Assembly: GCA_031835245.2 (NCBI GenBank)
Contig: JAVKOQ020000082.1
Location: forward strand, 124,001-188,000
From: Balamuthia mandrillaris
Taxonomy: Eukaryota
DNA: 64,000 nucleotides
Reading direction: 5' to 3'
Shown here: piece by piece, positions 50,868-63,650 of the stretch
How the letters are laid out: each line of letters begins with the position of its first letter
Numbering within the stretch: the stretch's first letter is position 1
The notes under the pieces: model-generated
Databases searched by the model: none
What the model was told of the DNA's origin: nothing
The model's input: only the letters and a program-made list of their open reading frames with translations
Program-made: the position numbers and the translations under genes

Positions 50868-52324
50868 CTAGAACTTGAGCGTCTTAGGGGCCTCCCAGAG
50901 GAAGTCGGGGTCGTTGCGGCCAAAGTGTCCGTGGTAGGCGGTCTTCTGGTAGATGGGCCTCTTGAGCTTGAGGTCACGGGCAATCACGCCAGGCCTAAGG
51001 TCGAAGTTGTTATGGATGATCTCCAGAATCTTCTCATCGGTGAAACCGTTCTTGGCGGTACCATAGGTATCCACAAAAACGGAGAGAGGGTGAGTCACAC
51101 CAATGGCGTAAGAAATTTGGACGAGGGCGCGGTTGCAGAGACCGGCAGCAACCAAGGACTTGGCGATCCACCTAGCAGCATAAGCAGCAGACCTGTCTAC
51201 CTTGCTGGGATCCTTACCAGAGAAAGCACCGCCACCGTGAGCTCCCCAACCACCATAAGTATCAATGATGATCTTGCGTCCAGTTAGACCGGCGTCTCCT
51301 TGGGGTCCTCCGATCACGAAACGGCCAGAGGGGTTCAAGTGATAGATAGTCTTTTCGTCGAGGTACTTCTCAGGAATGGAAGGCTTGATGACGTGTTCCA
51401 TGAGCTGTTCCCTGATGTCTTCGTTGGAGATATCAGGGGAGTGCTGCACGCTGATAACAACGGTGTGAACTCTTTGAGGAACCATGGTGCCGTTCTCGTT
51501 GAGATACTCTACGGTCACTTGTGTCTTGGCGTCGGGACGCATCCAGGGGCACGTTCCGTCGTTGCGCACCACAGTCATGCGTTGGCACAAACGAGTGGCC
51601 AACACATGGGTCAAGGGCATCATCTCCTCGGTCTCATTGGTAGCATAGCCGAACATGTGGCCCTTTGGTTTAGTTCAGAGGCAATCGTTTAGGACAGATT
51701 TTAAACTTCAAAAGGCACAAATAATACCTGGTCACCAGCACCAATGTCTTCTGGGGCCTTACCAACGTGCACTCCGCCAGCAATGTCAGGGCTCTGCTGC
51801 TCAATAGCGACAAGAACATTGCACGTCTTGTGGTCAAAGCCTGCAACACCGCAAGTGATAAATAGCTTGTGTGCAGTGTTTACATCTTTTTCAGGTCTAA
51901 AATAAACCTACCAATTGCCGAGTCGGTGAAACCAATTCGCTTCACAGTGTCGCGAACAACCTTCTGGAAATCAACCTGGGCAGTGGTGGTGATTTCTCCG
52001 AACACCAACACCATTCCAGTCTTGGAGGCGGTTTCTGCAGGGATGTCACGCACAGATTAGCCATGTTCCTATTTTAAGTTGTTTCAAAGATAGGAAAGAA
52101 ACTACATACCGCATGCAACCTTGCTTTCAGGATCGACGGCAAGGCAAGCGTCCAAAACTGCATCGGAAACCTGATCGCAGAGCTTGTCTGTTTCCCAAAG
52201 AAAAAACGGTAAGTTGCCGAAAACAAAAAAAAAATGAAAAAAAAGTTACGGAGCAAGAAAGTGCGGTACCAGGGTGTCCCTCAGACACACACTCGGAAGT
52301 GAACAGGAAAGTCTTGGCGGACAT
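50868..52324 (-). CDS. MAT: S-adenosylmethionine synthetase
   Basis: [68 protein letters not shown]. Confidence 0.98.
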
Positions 52325-53339
52325 GATGTTGAAAGGTGGGTGTAGGCTGTCTGTGAAGGGCAGGGGGGATTGGTGGTGGTGTGAACGAAACGCGAGGAAA
52401 CCAAAGAAAGAAAAACCAGACAAATTTGTTCTCCGGTGAGGGTGAGGCGCGTAAGGTGGGAAGAATTTTCTTTATGGGGATTTTTTAAGGAGGGCTCCCC
52501 TGTGTTACTCGTTTCAGGTACCTTATGGTCTTCCTATTGGCTGTCGCTGACTCCTCATTACCTCTTTTTTCCCTTTTTCGGAGTTTCCCTCACCTCGAAC
52601 CCTCGTTCGTGTTGTTCATCTTCGTCATCACCCCCCTTTCCCCCATCCTCTTTGTTTTTTTTTTTTTGGGCCAGTGGCAGACAAGAGCAAAGGCCTTGCT
52701 TTAAGAACACGCGCTCAGAGTTTCTTTAGTTGTTGGTGCGTTATCATTTTTTAGCGCTGTGTTTGTGTTGGCGGTTGCAAGTTGATGACTCCGGCATTTG
52801 TCTTAGTGTTTGTTTTTATGCAAACGTTGCCGACAAAAATCCGCTACCTTAAATTTATCACTGATTGTTCAAGACGCCATTGTCTACTATTGTGCGAGTT
52901 TTCTTCGTTTGTTAGGACGATTGCTAATCATACTTTTTCGTTTGCATTACAGAGCGACGAAACATGTGTCCCCCAAAAAAAAAAAAACTGCCTATCTGTT
53001 TCATATTTATTTCGAATAAAGCAATGTTTACTAGCGAAGGACGTACATCAAAGGGTAGAGAGGGAATATGGCCTGTCCTGCCTCCTCCAGAGCACATTCT
53101 CTCATCCACCAAAGCACAAAACCAACCGAGAGAAAGAGTACTCCCCTGCAGCACCGCAAACAAAGAAATAATAATAATAATACCCCAATTTAATTTTTTG
53201 CACACACAAGCAAAGAAAGTAAGGGCAGCTGCTGTGACCACAAAGAGGAAGAGGACACCACTATAGCTGGTTTGTGCCAATAAGTGGCAGCCGTAGTCCA
53301 AAGAACGAAGCAACTCACTTTGTTGGCGGTTGAGAGCTG

Positions 53340-54544
53340 ATGGAAAACAATGGGTTGAGCTCCGGCGGTTACGCCAGTTATGGTGTGGGTGGTAGCTACG
53401 GTGGCAGCAGCGGTTCGGTTCCTGTGGCTGCCGCTGCTGCTGGCAGCAGTGCTGCCACCAATGCTAAGAAGACTAAGAAGAAAAAGGCCGTACCCAACTC
53501 CAAGTCGTTGGCCTCTCGCGTTAAGAAGAAGGTCAACATCAAAAAGACTCAAGTGCTGCAAAAAATGGGAAAGGAAGCCACCGACTACCTCCCTGAGTTC
53601 AGGGCCGACAATGAGCATGCCAAAGAACTCGCTGACCTCTATGCTGACTTCACAAAACTTGCCTCCCATGCCGTCAAAGAAGCTCAAGGTACGTCCTGCC
53701 ATTTCCTCTTTATGCAGTTCCTCAAGTAGCCTAAATAACACCCTCCAACTAACATCAACTCTGCCCCTGCTCCCTCTGCTAACAACAGCTTACAGTCAAA
53801 CTGGCAGAAGTCTGGCGGAAGCTATTGCAGAGCTGGGTTCTGCCGACACGTCCGACGAATTTGGTAGGGTCTCTGTCTCTCTGTCTCTCTGTCTCTCTGT
53901 CTCTCTGTCTCTGTCTCTGTCTCTGTCTCTGTCTCTCTGTCTCTGTCTCTCTGTCTCTGTCTCTGTCTCTGTCTCTGTCTCTGTCTCTGTCTCTGTCTCT
54001 GTCTCTGTCTCTGTCTCTGTCTCTGTCTCTGTCTCTGTCTCTGTCTCTGTCTCTGTCTCTGTCTCTGTCTCTGTCTCTGTCTCGTTTGTTGTGGCGGACC
54101 AGTATAATTGACGTACTATCAACCGCCTTAGGTGTTCCGCTGCAGAGGTTTGCTCAGGTCATCAAGGGCATGCAAGACAACCGCGATAACTTTGTACGTT
54201 AACAATAATGTGTTGTCGTATGAGTCCCAGTCTAATGAGGTTGGTCGTGGTTTTCTGATACAGTTAAAAGCAACCGAAGAATATTGTATTATGCCAATTG
54301 ACCGTTTTAACCGAGAAGACATTGCCGAAGCAAGAGTCTGTTCTCTTTCTGATACAATCCTACTCCTTCGGCCCTCATCCCCTAACTCGTTGCTTCTCCT
54401 TCACACGATTGCAGAAAACCAAAGCCAGATTCCGGGAGGCGCGAATCCAGTTTGATGCTGCCAACAACCAGTTGACGCCTCTTGTAGCCAAACTTGATAA
54501 ACCCTTCGAGTTGTTTCTGGTACGTGTTTGTTACTCACCATCCT

Positions 54545-54579
<35 letters not shown>

Positions 54580-56488
54580 GTTTTTGGATGCCACTAAATT
54601 ATATTTGGTACAGGCCTACACGCACTTTCACTATGCTCAACGGAAATACAATAAACGGTTATTGGAGGCATCGAATAAACTATCAGATGTAGTAGAAAGC
54701 AAGGAGTTTATGGTATTAGAGTACTTGGTCTACATGATGCAAACACAATTGCAGGAATTCGCTGTTTCCTACAACCAGCTATACGAGCTCGACAGCTATA
54801 TTGCACAGCTTCGCGATAGTATCAGTAAGGTACAACCGTTTTGTCGATGCCTCTGTGCGCGTTGGTCATACAATGCTTTATCAATATTAACACCTAGCTC
54901 AAACAAAGCAACGACAAGCTGCAGCAGTGCTGCGGAAACAACATGAAGAGACAAAGCTAGAAATGGCAATTAAGGCGGAAAAGTCCAAGTATCGGCCTCT
55001 AGTTGAGGTTTGTATTGTTGGTGATTCCATTCTGTGGACTGGAACACGCTAATTTGATCGCATATTCGCTGTTATAGTTGCTGGCCGCCCCAGATTTGGC
55101 TGTTACGAATGCCATATGCATATCTGCTGGAAGTGAACAGGCTGCTACTTTGGACACACTGGTGCGGATTATGGATGCTTACAAACTCACGCTACCTATC
55201 ATTAAACTCAGCATTACCAAAGAAGTTGACCCCCCCCCCCCAATTTTAATGATGCATCAAATCCCTACTTTCGCCCTTGCTATCTGGCTAAACTAACAGT
55301 AGACCTCCCAAATTTGCAGCCTCTGCTTCTACTCTATTCAGAGGCAACACCACACCAACGAAGCTAATGTCCACGTTCACGTTGCTTACGGGAATGCCTT
55401 ACCTCCAAAACTGTCTTCGCCCTTTCATCGATGAGATTATGGCTGATTGTTCCGGGTATGAGGTATGTTCTTGCAACATTGACCCAAATGTTTGGTTAAT
55501 TTGATATCTTGCTGTAGGTGAACCCTGCTAAAGCAGAACAAGAGGATGTTTCACAAAATATGCAAAAGTTGTTAAATATGTGTCAGCGCATAGTGGACAG
55601 AATCTTCGCCTCAACAGACGAGTGCCCCAGGTAACATGCCTTTGAGCCCGCCGTGTAACTAATTTCACACTGATACATTACTCTGCTCCCTTCCGCAATA
55701 GGCCTTTCCGAGTGATGGCAAATCATTTGCAAAAAGAGTGTGTAAAGAGGTTCGCGGATAGCAGACACAAATCCATCGGCGGTTTTATCTTTCTGCGCTT
55801 CTTTTGTCCTGCCATTTTATCCCCTGACTCTAGAGGTCTAGTAGAACGTGCGTTATTTGTTTAGCAAGCAACCGTTATTACCAAACAGTGATACTAACTT
55901 AGCGTTGTTCTTGTCAAACCAAATGCTAGCGCCGATGGCACCGGAGGCACGCCGTCCTTTGATTTTGATCAGCAAGGCCATCCAGAATCTGGCCAATGAG
56001 GTACCGTTTGGAGCTAAGGAGGAGTACATGAGCCCTGTCAACGCTTTCATCGAGAGAAACCAAGAGAGATGCAGAAGCTTTTTTGATGAGATAGCGGTAT
56101 GCCTTACTGCCTTCATTGCGTGCCAATGCTAACTATGGCAAGTATTGCTGTATGTACGAATGTAGACGGTCCCGGATGATGTCATGGACTACACGCCACT
56201 AGCCTCGATGGAACAGGTCAACTCCCACGAGATGCCCTCCATTCACCAATATGTTGTTAAGAATTTGGACAAGATAGCTAAGACCCTCGCTCTTTACGAG
56301 AACGCCGACTCTATCCCGTTGCTGGCCCACATACTGGTATGTATGGATGTAAGGTTGAGGGTGTGGATGTATGGATGTGAAGATGTGTAGATGTATGTGG
56401 AGGTGCCGTGGCCTAGCTAAGACACTGACCTGCGATACAGGCCCAACTCAGCGATCCAGAGGAACCACCTGTTGTTGTCAACAAGTGA
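53340..56488 (+). CDS. BAR-domain plus RasGAP (NF1/GAP1-like) protein, multi-exon
   Basis: N-terminal helical region with BAR-like features (QKMGKE.TD..EF, PIDRFNREDI..KARFREARIQFDAA). RasGAP motifs TLFRGNT (arginine finger), FIFLRFFCPAILSP and LISKAIQNLAN..FGAKEEYM. Confidence 0.85.
53870..54082. repeat. Intronic (TCTCTG)n microsatellite, ~210 bp
   Basis: Tandem hexamer read directly, just after the GT donor. Confidence 0.95.
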
Positions 56489-56761
56489 CAGTGCTACCTT
56501 GCAACCAGCACTACTGTGCTTTATCAAACTCGAACAGTCAGCTTGCTTTCTCTCTATGTACAACAATGCATTCATTCAATTTGACATGGCAGTGGGACAG
56601 ACACTGCTGTCATCACCAAGCTGCACCATACTTATTCCCAAGCGTCCCACCCGTCGTTGATATCGCCACCCTCTGCTGTGGTCCTATCATCATCGGAGTT
56701 GTTTGTCCCCTGCTTGTCCTCCTCAATGATTTCCTGTCAGGCAAGTGAAAGATGGAAAAGG

Positions 56762-58021
56762 TTAGTAACAGGCAACGGAATTATAAGCCAACAAGCAGAA
56801 GTAGCCATGCACCCAATCGTCCTCCGCTAACAGATGGTCTTCAGCATACCCTTGCCGAGGGACCTGGTGGTTTTCGGTTGTGGAGTGTTGGAGCCGATTT
56901 TGAGAAGAGGGGGAGAAGGCAAGATGTGCAGGTCTTGGCATTACCGCCTCCACCGCCGCATCATCGATGCAACGCTGTGTGGAGACAGCAAACTGCTGGC
57001 AGTCGTCCATTCTGCGAAAGGAAGCGGCCTCGCTCTGAGCAGCAAAGCCAGGACTGCAGGCTTTAATTACTAGGTTTCTCTTTGTTGCGGCCGGTTCTTT
57101 AATGTCCGAAGAGTGGCGCGTTCGAGAATGTTGAATGTGGTAGTAGTATCTCTGCCAAAATGCCGAATGCGAAACCTTTCTTGGAACTAATTGATTGGCA
57201 AGGCAATGCCTTGTCATTCATTCTCTACCAAACAGAACATACTGATAAGACGATGAGCAAGAAACAAACCTGCTTCCTGGTACAGTTTCCGCAAGTCAGC
57301 TCTTGCCGAGAGGAGCAAGCGGACATCGACCGCCTTCTTCGACAAAGAAAATTGTTGGCCTGCAAGCGTGCATCGAGGAGGGGTTGATTGTTAGCTGGAT
57401 GGGTTTTCTGTGGGGAGGTGGTACGTACACCATGCTTTGAACTCTTCCTTCTCCACAGGTTCTTCCAGAAAGGTGTGCGAGTTGGCCACCAGGCGATATC
57501 CCTCCTCCCCCTCCTCTTGAGTCTTATCTTGGTTTACCTCTGCTCCTCTTTCGCTCTCGCCTTCTTTGTCTTTGTCTTGGTCCTCCTCCTCCTCCTCCTC
57601 TTCAGAGAAGCTTAGAAAAGTAGAAAGGGTAGAAGAGAACTCCGAAAATTGCTGCGAGAGCTGAGAGCTTTCCAAAGGAAGTTGTCGTTTGACGAGGCCA
57701 TGCGTGTCCTCTTTCAAGGTTTTTGTAAATTCTTGGAGGTCCTCTTTGCAAATAGTGAGTAGTGTCTCGGACTGGCAAAAAGTTGGTTTTGGAAAGGTTA
57801 GCAAGTGCAAGTGCACAGTTAAAACTAGAAAAGCGGCGGCGAGAACTGAACAAACGAACCTGCCTCATTACGTTTTCTAAAGTCTTATCAAGGAAGCCCC
57901 ACCAGCCGCCACCAGCACCAGCCGCTGCTCCCTCACTGTGGGAGTCGAAGGGATAAGCACCCGAGGAGGGGGCATTCATGGCTTCCTCCTGCGGGCAAGG
58001 TCCCTCGCCTGTGTGTTCCAT
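56762..58021 (-). CDS. BSD-domain protein
   Basis: GGWWGFL N-terminus, EDLQEF segment and BSD signature LVPRKVSHSAFWQRYYYHI. Confidence 0.8.
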
Positions 58022-58386
58022 GGCGCAGTCGCTTTAAGCGCGTGCAGTCACTGCGGAGGCGGCTGTTTCTGCCATGAGGGGTACTCTCTTAAAGGTGGAA
58101 CTACTTTGAATATTTTGATTGGAAGTAATGGGTTTTTCCAGCATGGGGGGTCACGGCATTTTTGGCCGCTAACTTGTTGGTTTTTTCATTTTTTTTTTTG
58201 TAAGGAAGAAATAGAAATACACACCTGAAGAGCAAAAGAACCATGCAGCAATACAGAACCAAGCTCCGCCATTTATATGCACACATGTAGCATGCACAAC
58301 AGAGGCTGGAGCACAGTTTGAAGGGAGAGATAGCAAGACACCATATGCACATGAAATAACAGCACAAGCACTTCAACTCCACCCAC

Positions 58387-58630
58387 TGATGGCGATGGCG
58401 ATGGCGATGGCGATGGTGATGGCGATGGCAATGGCAATGGCGATGAGTCCTCCATCCTTTCTCATCTTTGATGCCATGTTCGTTTTAACAAATAAAGAAA
58501 AGTTAAAAAAGACATGAAAGAAATACAAAGAAACAAACAGGAAAGGAGAGGAGAGAGGAGAGAGGAGAGGAGAGGAGAGGAGAGGAGAGGAGAGGAGAGG
58601 AGAGGAGAGGAGAGGAGAGGAGAGGAGAGG
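58387..58630. repeat. (GATGGC)n and (GAGAG)n simple repeats in the divergent intergenic region
   Basis: Tandem repeats at ~58387-58446 and ~58545-58630. Confidence 0.9.
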
Positions 58631-59113
58631 AACAAACCACTTTTGCAATGGTGTGGCCATTGCAACATGGAACGTAAGGAAAAATCCAAAGCATTAATTT
58701 CTAACTAAAAACCCACTTGTTTTGTTCATGTCGACATTAGATTTCTTTGTAGGCCGAAAAAGACAAAAGAAAAGACAACGGAGCACAACAAAAAGTGTCG
58801 TTTGGGTTTTTCTTTGAGTTGGTGGTGGAGGTGGTGGGAACTGCCTACAGGACAACGATATCGTGGAAAATTCGTGTCGTCATGAGTGGAAACCAAAGGG
58901 AAACTACGCGGCTAGCCGCCACGCGACGACATGAAAAATCAGAACAATTTGCAAGCAAATTCGGCCCCTAAAATTCCACCGCGCTGCTTGAGGGGAAACA
59001 AACAAGGCAACCTCGCTTGACAACTACGACCACCACTCCTCCTCCGGATCTTTTTCTCTCAGAGACCAACTCAAACCAACCAACACACAGCTTCCCCCCC
59101 CCCAATTTTCCAC

Positions 59114-61009
59114 ATGAAAATAGCGGTCAAAGCAGAAAGGAAACGCCAGGTAGAAGGCCTGAGAGAGATGTTTCAGGGCAGCGATCTTACCCACTCCGTC
59201 ATTGACACGGTGCTCGCTGTCAATAATGGCAACACAGATCACGCTGTGGACACCCTGCTAAACCTTGCCAGCGATCCCATGCGCCCCGTGTCAGCTGCAG
59301 AAGACAGCCCCTGCCTAGCTGCGGCAGCCAAGCCTCCTAGACTCTTTCCGAACAACAATGCTTCCTCTGCAGGCCCGAGCGCCCCCACAAGCAGCAACAA
59401 CAACTCCCCAGCAACTGGTGGTGCCTTGCCCAGCCAATCTATGACCACCCCAACCACCAGCAGCGAGGAGGTAATCTCAAGAAAGGCCTTAAGGAAGCAG
59501 TTCCTGGATGCACAGGAACGTGAAGAAAGACTGCTTTTAGAAAAGGCGCAAGCTCATATTGACATGGCCATGTTTACCTCTCCCTCCTTGCCTGAGGACC
59601 CCTCCCTCTACCCAGAAAATGCCTCCCAAGGACCTGAAGAGCTTTCAGCACTCATCGATTCTCCCCCCTCTCCACCTCTCATAGAGGAGCTCATTTTGGA
59701 TGAGCAGCTGTTGCCCTCTTCGCCTTCTTCTACCATCCACTCTTCTTGCGACGAGGCCAAAACAAAATTGGTTGCTCCTTCTGCTGCTCCTGCAGGCCAC
59801 ACTTTGGCCGTTAACTACCGGCTCGCGGGCAATGTTTCCCCTAGCAAAGGAGACTGGATTGGTTTGTTCAAGCGTGGGCAACCTTCGCATTCCAAGTACC
59901 TCGAGTACCACAAAACAGGTGCTTTTCTCTGCTATTCTTCCCCTTTCTCTCTTCTTGTTAATGTTTTTCCCAACAACAACCACAACAACATTTCCCCCAC
60001 CATGTGAAATTCAGATGGCAACCAAGCAGGCTCTCTGCACTTCACTGCACCAGGGGTGGGCACCTATGAGTTTAGGTACTTCTCAAAGGGTTCTTCCGTG
60101 GAAACCGCCAAGTCCAATTACCTTGTTGTAGGTTTGTGGTGCTTTTTCCTCTCATAACTAATAGAACAAATCATCTGATACGTTAAACATAGGCCCCCAA
60201 ATTCAACTTATTCCAGTACTAAATGAAGCAGAACACACCATCAAAGTACATGCACGCTACGTAATAGGACAAAAGCACAGCGGCGACTGGATAGGATTGT
60301 TTAAAGTACTACGATTTCCTCTATCTTCTTTGGGTTTCTTCCTTCTGTTCTTCCTTTGCCCTTTCCTCCTCTCTTAAATACTCCGTTGGCTACCTGAAAG
60401 TCAACAACTTAACTCTGCTTGCAGGCAGGTACCTACCACAATAAAGAATACATAGAGCAACAGCCACTTGGGAAGTGCACAACTGTGACCTTCAAGGCAC
60501 CAAAGCAACCAGGCCAGTACGAACTTCGTTATTTTCCCTCTGGCGCTGGCTACAATGACGTAGCTCGGAGCCCCTTAATCCGTATTGAAGGTGAGTGCAT
60601 TTTGCTCTTTTTAAATGCTCCTTGCTTGTAGCTTATTAGCCTCTTTAAACAGACCGTGATGTTGTCATATGTTGCCCTTCAAAAGTGTCAATTGGGTCAA
60701 TGGACAAGCTGAAAGCTAGCTGGAACATTTACAGTGTTGAGACTTCTTCCTGGGATTGGGTTGGGTTGTACCCGTTGAATGCGGTTGGAAAGAGAAGCTA
60801 TGTAGCCTGCCAATATGCTACAACCAATTCTTGCACATTTGATATCCCAGCTAAACCTGGAGATTATGAGCTTAGGTCTGCTTTTCTATTTATTTTTCAA
60901 GTTTGATTGCTTTCTCACTTTTGTTTTTATAAACTATAACAGGTACTTTTCTTATACAACTGCTTCACAAGTTAAGCGAAGCAACAAGATTAGTGTTGTT
61001 GTTGAATAA
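59114..61009 (+). CDS. CUE-like ubiquitin-binding domain plus three SKICH-like beta-sandwich repeats (start codon uncertain)
   Basis: LREMF..VIDTVLAVNNGNTDHAVDTLLNL (CUE). Three repeats: DWIGLFK..GTYEFRY, DWIGLFK..PGQYELRY, DWVGLY..PGDYELRY. Confidence 0.75.
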
Positions 61010-61574
61010 TGTTCGTTTTTTTAATCCATGTAATTAAGTTCAGCTTTTGTTAATTGGTCTACTGTGAAATAAAAAATACTTGTAACATGGTTGAATATTA
61101 TAAATGATACCAACAAGTTTTTGTGAAATCTTGCATTGATGAACTGATTTTGCCGTTTTCTTTCTAAGTTCCTTTATATCCATCCTTTCCGAGGATAGTT
61201 GAAATGCAAAAGAACATTCATACTTCAACCTGCTGCAATTTCTTTATTAATTTTATTAATGTTATTTACCAAACTTACCTATGAACACTTTTAAAAATCA
61301 TCGACTCAATTGTGGTGGGCAAGAGATATTGATAGGTCCAAGGGGTACCTCTAAAAAACAGGGACAGACAAAAAAAGCAGTAACAATGAGGCGTCCTTCA
61401 GGGAAGTAGTGGCAGACGATAAAGAATTAGCAAGCTCAGCCTACTAGCCAGCTAGCCCTCCAGCAGCGAGGAGATAAGTGCTGAGCTCACCCACCTCTCC
61501 TTATTATTTAGTATTGATGAGCCAAAGGAAAGCAGAGCTCCCTGCTGCCTGCAATAGCATTCAGCAACTGACCC

Positions 61575-63650
61575 ATGAAGAAGAAAAAACTACTACTCAT
61601 CAGGCCTGTTTGTCCAGTATTGACTGAAGTAATTTGCCAGAGCCCTAAAGAGTGGCAGAAAAAAACCATGGCAGAGCTGTTGGACATGCTCTTTCCAGGC
61701 GTAGGCTTCATGATAAAAAACTGCTACTTTGGCAGGGTATGCAAAGAGCTGTCGACTTGGCTTCTCTTGAAGGGTACATTGTTTGTTGTGTGGTGGTAAT
61801 TGGTGCTTGGCAAACTCATTTCCTGCCCTCCCTGCATGTGGGCCGTGAGAAGATGTTCTGTTCACAGGTGCAAATCTGGCTCCCGCAAAGGAAACAGTTT
61901 TTGATCCTTGCAATCACAGAAGTGCAACTGGGGCACCTGTTGTGCTGCCTTCATGATCCCCACTTTTTTGCCAATAAGACTGTAACGCAGGCCATGACAA
62001 AACAGGAGGAGGAACAGCATCGTGCCATCATGTCCCAAGCAGCACAAAAAAGAGAACCAGAAAACGAGAACAAGAAAGACATTCATTATGTCACCCCTTT
62101 GTTTCGGCAAAAGGAGATAGAACAGTGTTTTGGCAGTTCACTGTTTCACCAAGAGGTGAAGGAAAATGGTTGATCTGCAACAAGCCTCATCAAGGGTAGT
62201 GGCAGCTGGGCTCCAAGAAATGTTGCAAAATGTTTGGTTTTGCAGTGTAGGTGCTCCTTTGTCTATTAGTAATGTTCAGAGAGGGCCAGGTACATGTGAG
62301 ATCGAGTGTTTGACTGAAGACACTGCACAACAGTCAAGATCTCACCAGACATGCCCTTTCATGTAAATCTAGCTTTCTACCATGGAGTATCCATCCAAGG
62401 CACCACAACCACCAAGAAAAAACAAGACTGAAGACCTGATGTTCAACTTTCAATCTCCCACAACCAAGCTAGTGGTCATTTTGTACAAAACTCTCAAGTT
62501 TGCTCTGCCTTTCCCCTATGATGTTTTAAACAACTCATGCAAGGCAGCAGCCGTCATTCCTTTCCTTTTCTCTTTGTGGAGGTATCTGCAAAGGCCTTAG
62601 ATATCGCACAAACCGACCATAAAGATCACAAAAAGCTTATATGCATGCAACTAGCCTGGGACCTTGCTGCACTACTCGTTTGTCATACTACCTGCCCACT
62701 TTCTGTGAGATTCCTAAAGGCAGGGCCACCCACATAGCTGATACCCCCCTACCAAAGCACTAAAAGATAAAACACAACCCAAAAAAGATACATCAGATAG
62801 GCAAGCAACAAGACCAGGGAGGAACAGAGACAAAGGCAAAGACAAACGCAAAGGCCATGGCAAAGATAGTGTGGAGGACAGAAAAGGACAGGGAGGTGGG
62901 AAGGGAACAGACACGCAAGATTCTGGCTTTATTCCCTTGTTTGATTCCACGGAGCTGCAACCCGAAGCCTCAGCGTTGTTGGAGATACAAAACCTGCTTC
63001 CAGCAGACCTTTTAGCTGACATCCGTGGCTGGGTGCCAAAAGTGAGGGCACAGACAGCTTTGTTCTTGTAGGAAGTGCAGCCCCTCACATTTCTTCCAAC
63101 CCACCAACTGCCCAAAAAAGGGACGCAAAACATGGGTGGGCAAAGGGCCAGAAGGCAAGGTGGCCATCCTCAAATGCAGGAAGAAGCTCAACCAAGAGAT
63201 GGCCCTGCTCCACAAAGTCACGCCATCCCAACCTGCCCACCCCCCACTTCGCTGCAGAACGTCAGCTGCAGGACAGGAGGCATGCCTACTGGATGTTGGA
63301 CATGCAAGAAGCAGCTATGGGGCTGGCCAGTGGGGTGGTGTGTGCTTTGGCATGTGCAATGGACATTATGCACCTCCATAGCCATGGCATAAGCCACAGG
63401 GACATCAAGCCAGGGAATATCATGTGGGATCCAAGTACTCGCCATTGGGTCTTGCTGGACCTTGGAGGAATATGACGCCTTCCTGCCAGACACATGGAGC
63501 TTTGGGAGAAGCATGCAGGCAAACAAAGGTGTTGCCCCATAGGAGCATGCCAGTATTGAGCAAGCTACTGGAGGAGGCCACCCAAACCTCACTGCAGGCC
63601 CTCCCTTCATGAGGCCTTGCCTGAGCTGCAAGAACTCCTTCACAAGCTTC
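61575..63650 (+). pseudogene. Degenerate protein-kinase-containing locus with stops and frameshifts; 5' extent uncertain
   Basis: Kinase remnants KVAILKC and EMALLHKV (~63155-63220), then in another frame LHSHGISHRDIKPGNIMW..VLLDLGGI* (63370-63475). Upstream ORFs are fragmented and CpG is scarce. Confidence 0.7.

Noticed and set aside
39804..52324. Methyl-cycle cluster (adenosine kinase and SAM synthetase)
   Set aside because: Several unrelated genes separate them and there is no evidence of co-regulation.
53796..54202. ORFs with long ET/SV/SL dipeptide runs
   Set aside because: They are translations of the intronic (TCTCTG)n microsatellite.
58387..58630. Tandem repeats as a CRISPR-like array
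   Set aside because: Simple microsatellites without unique spacers, in a eukaryotic context.
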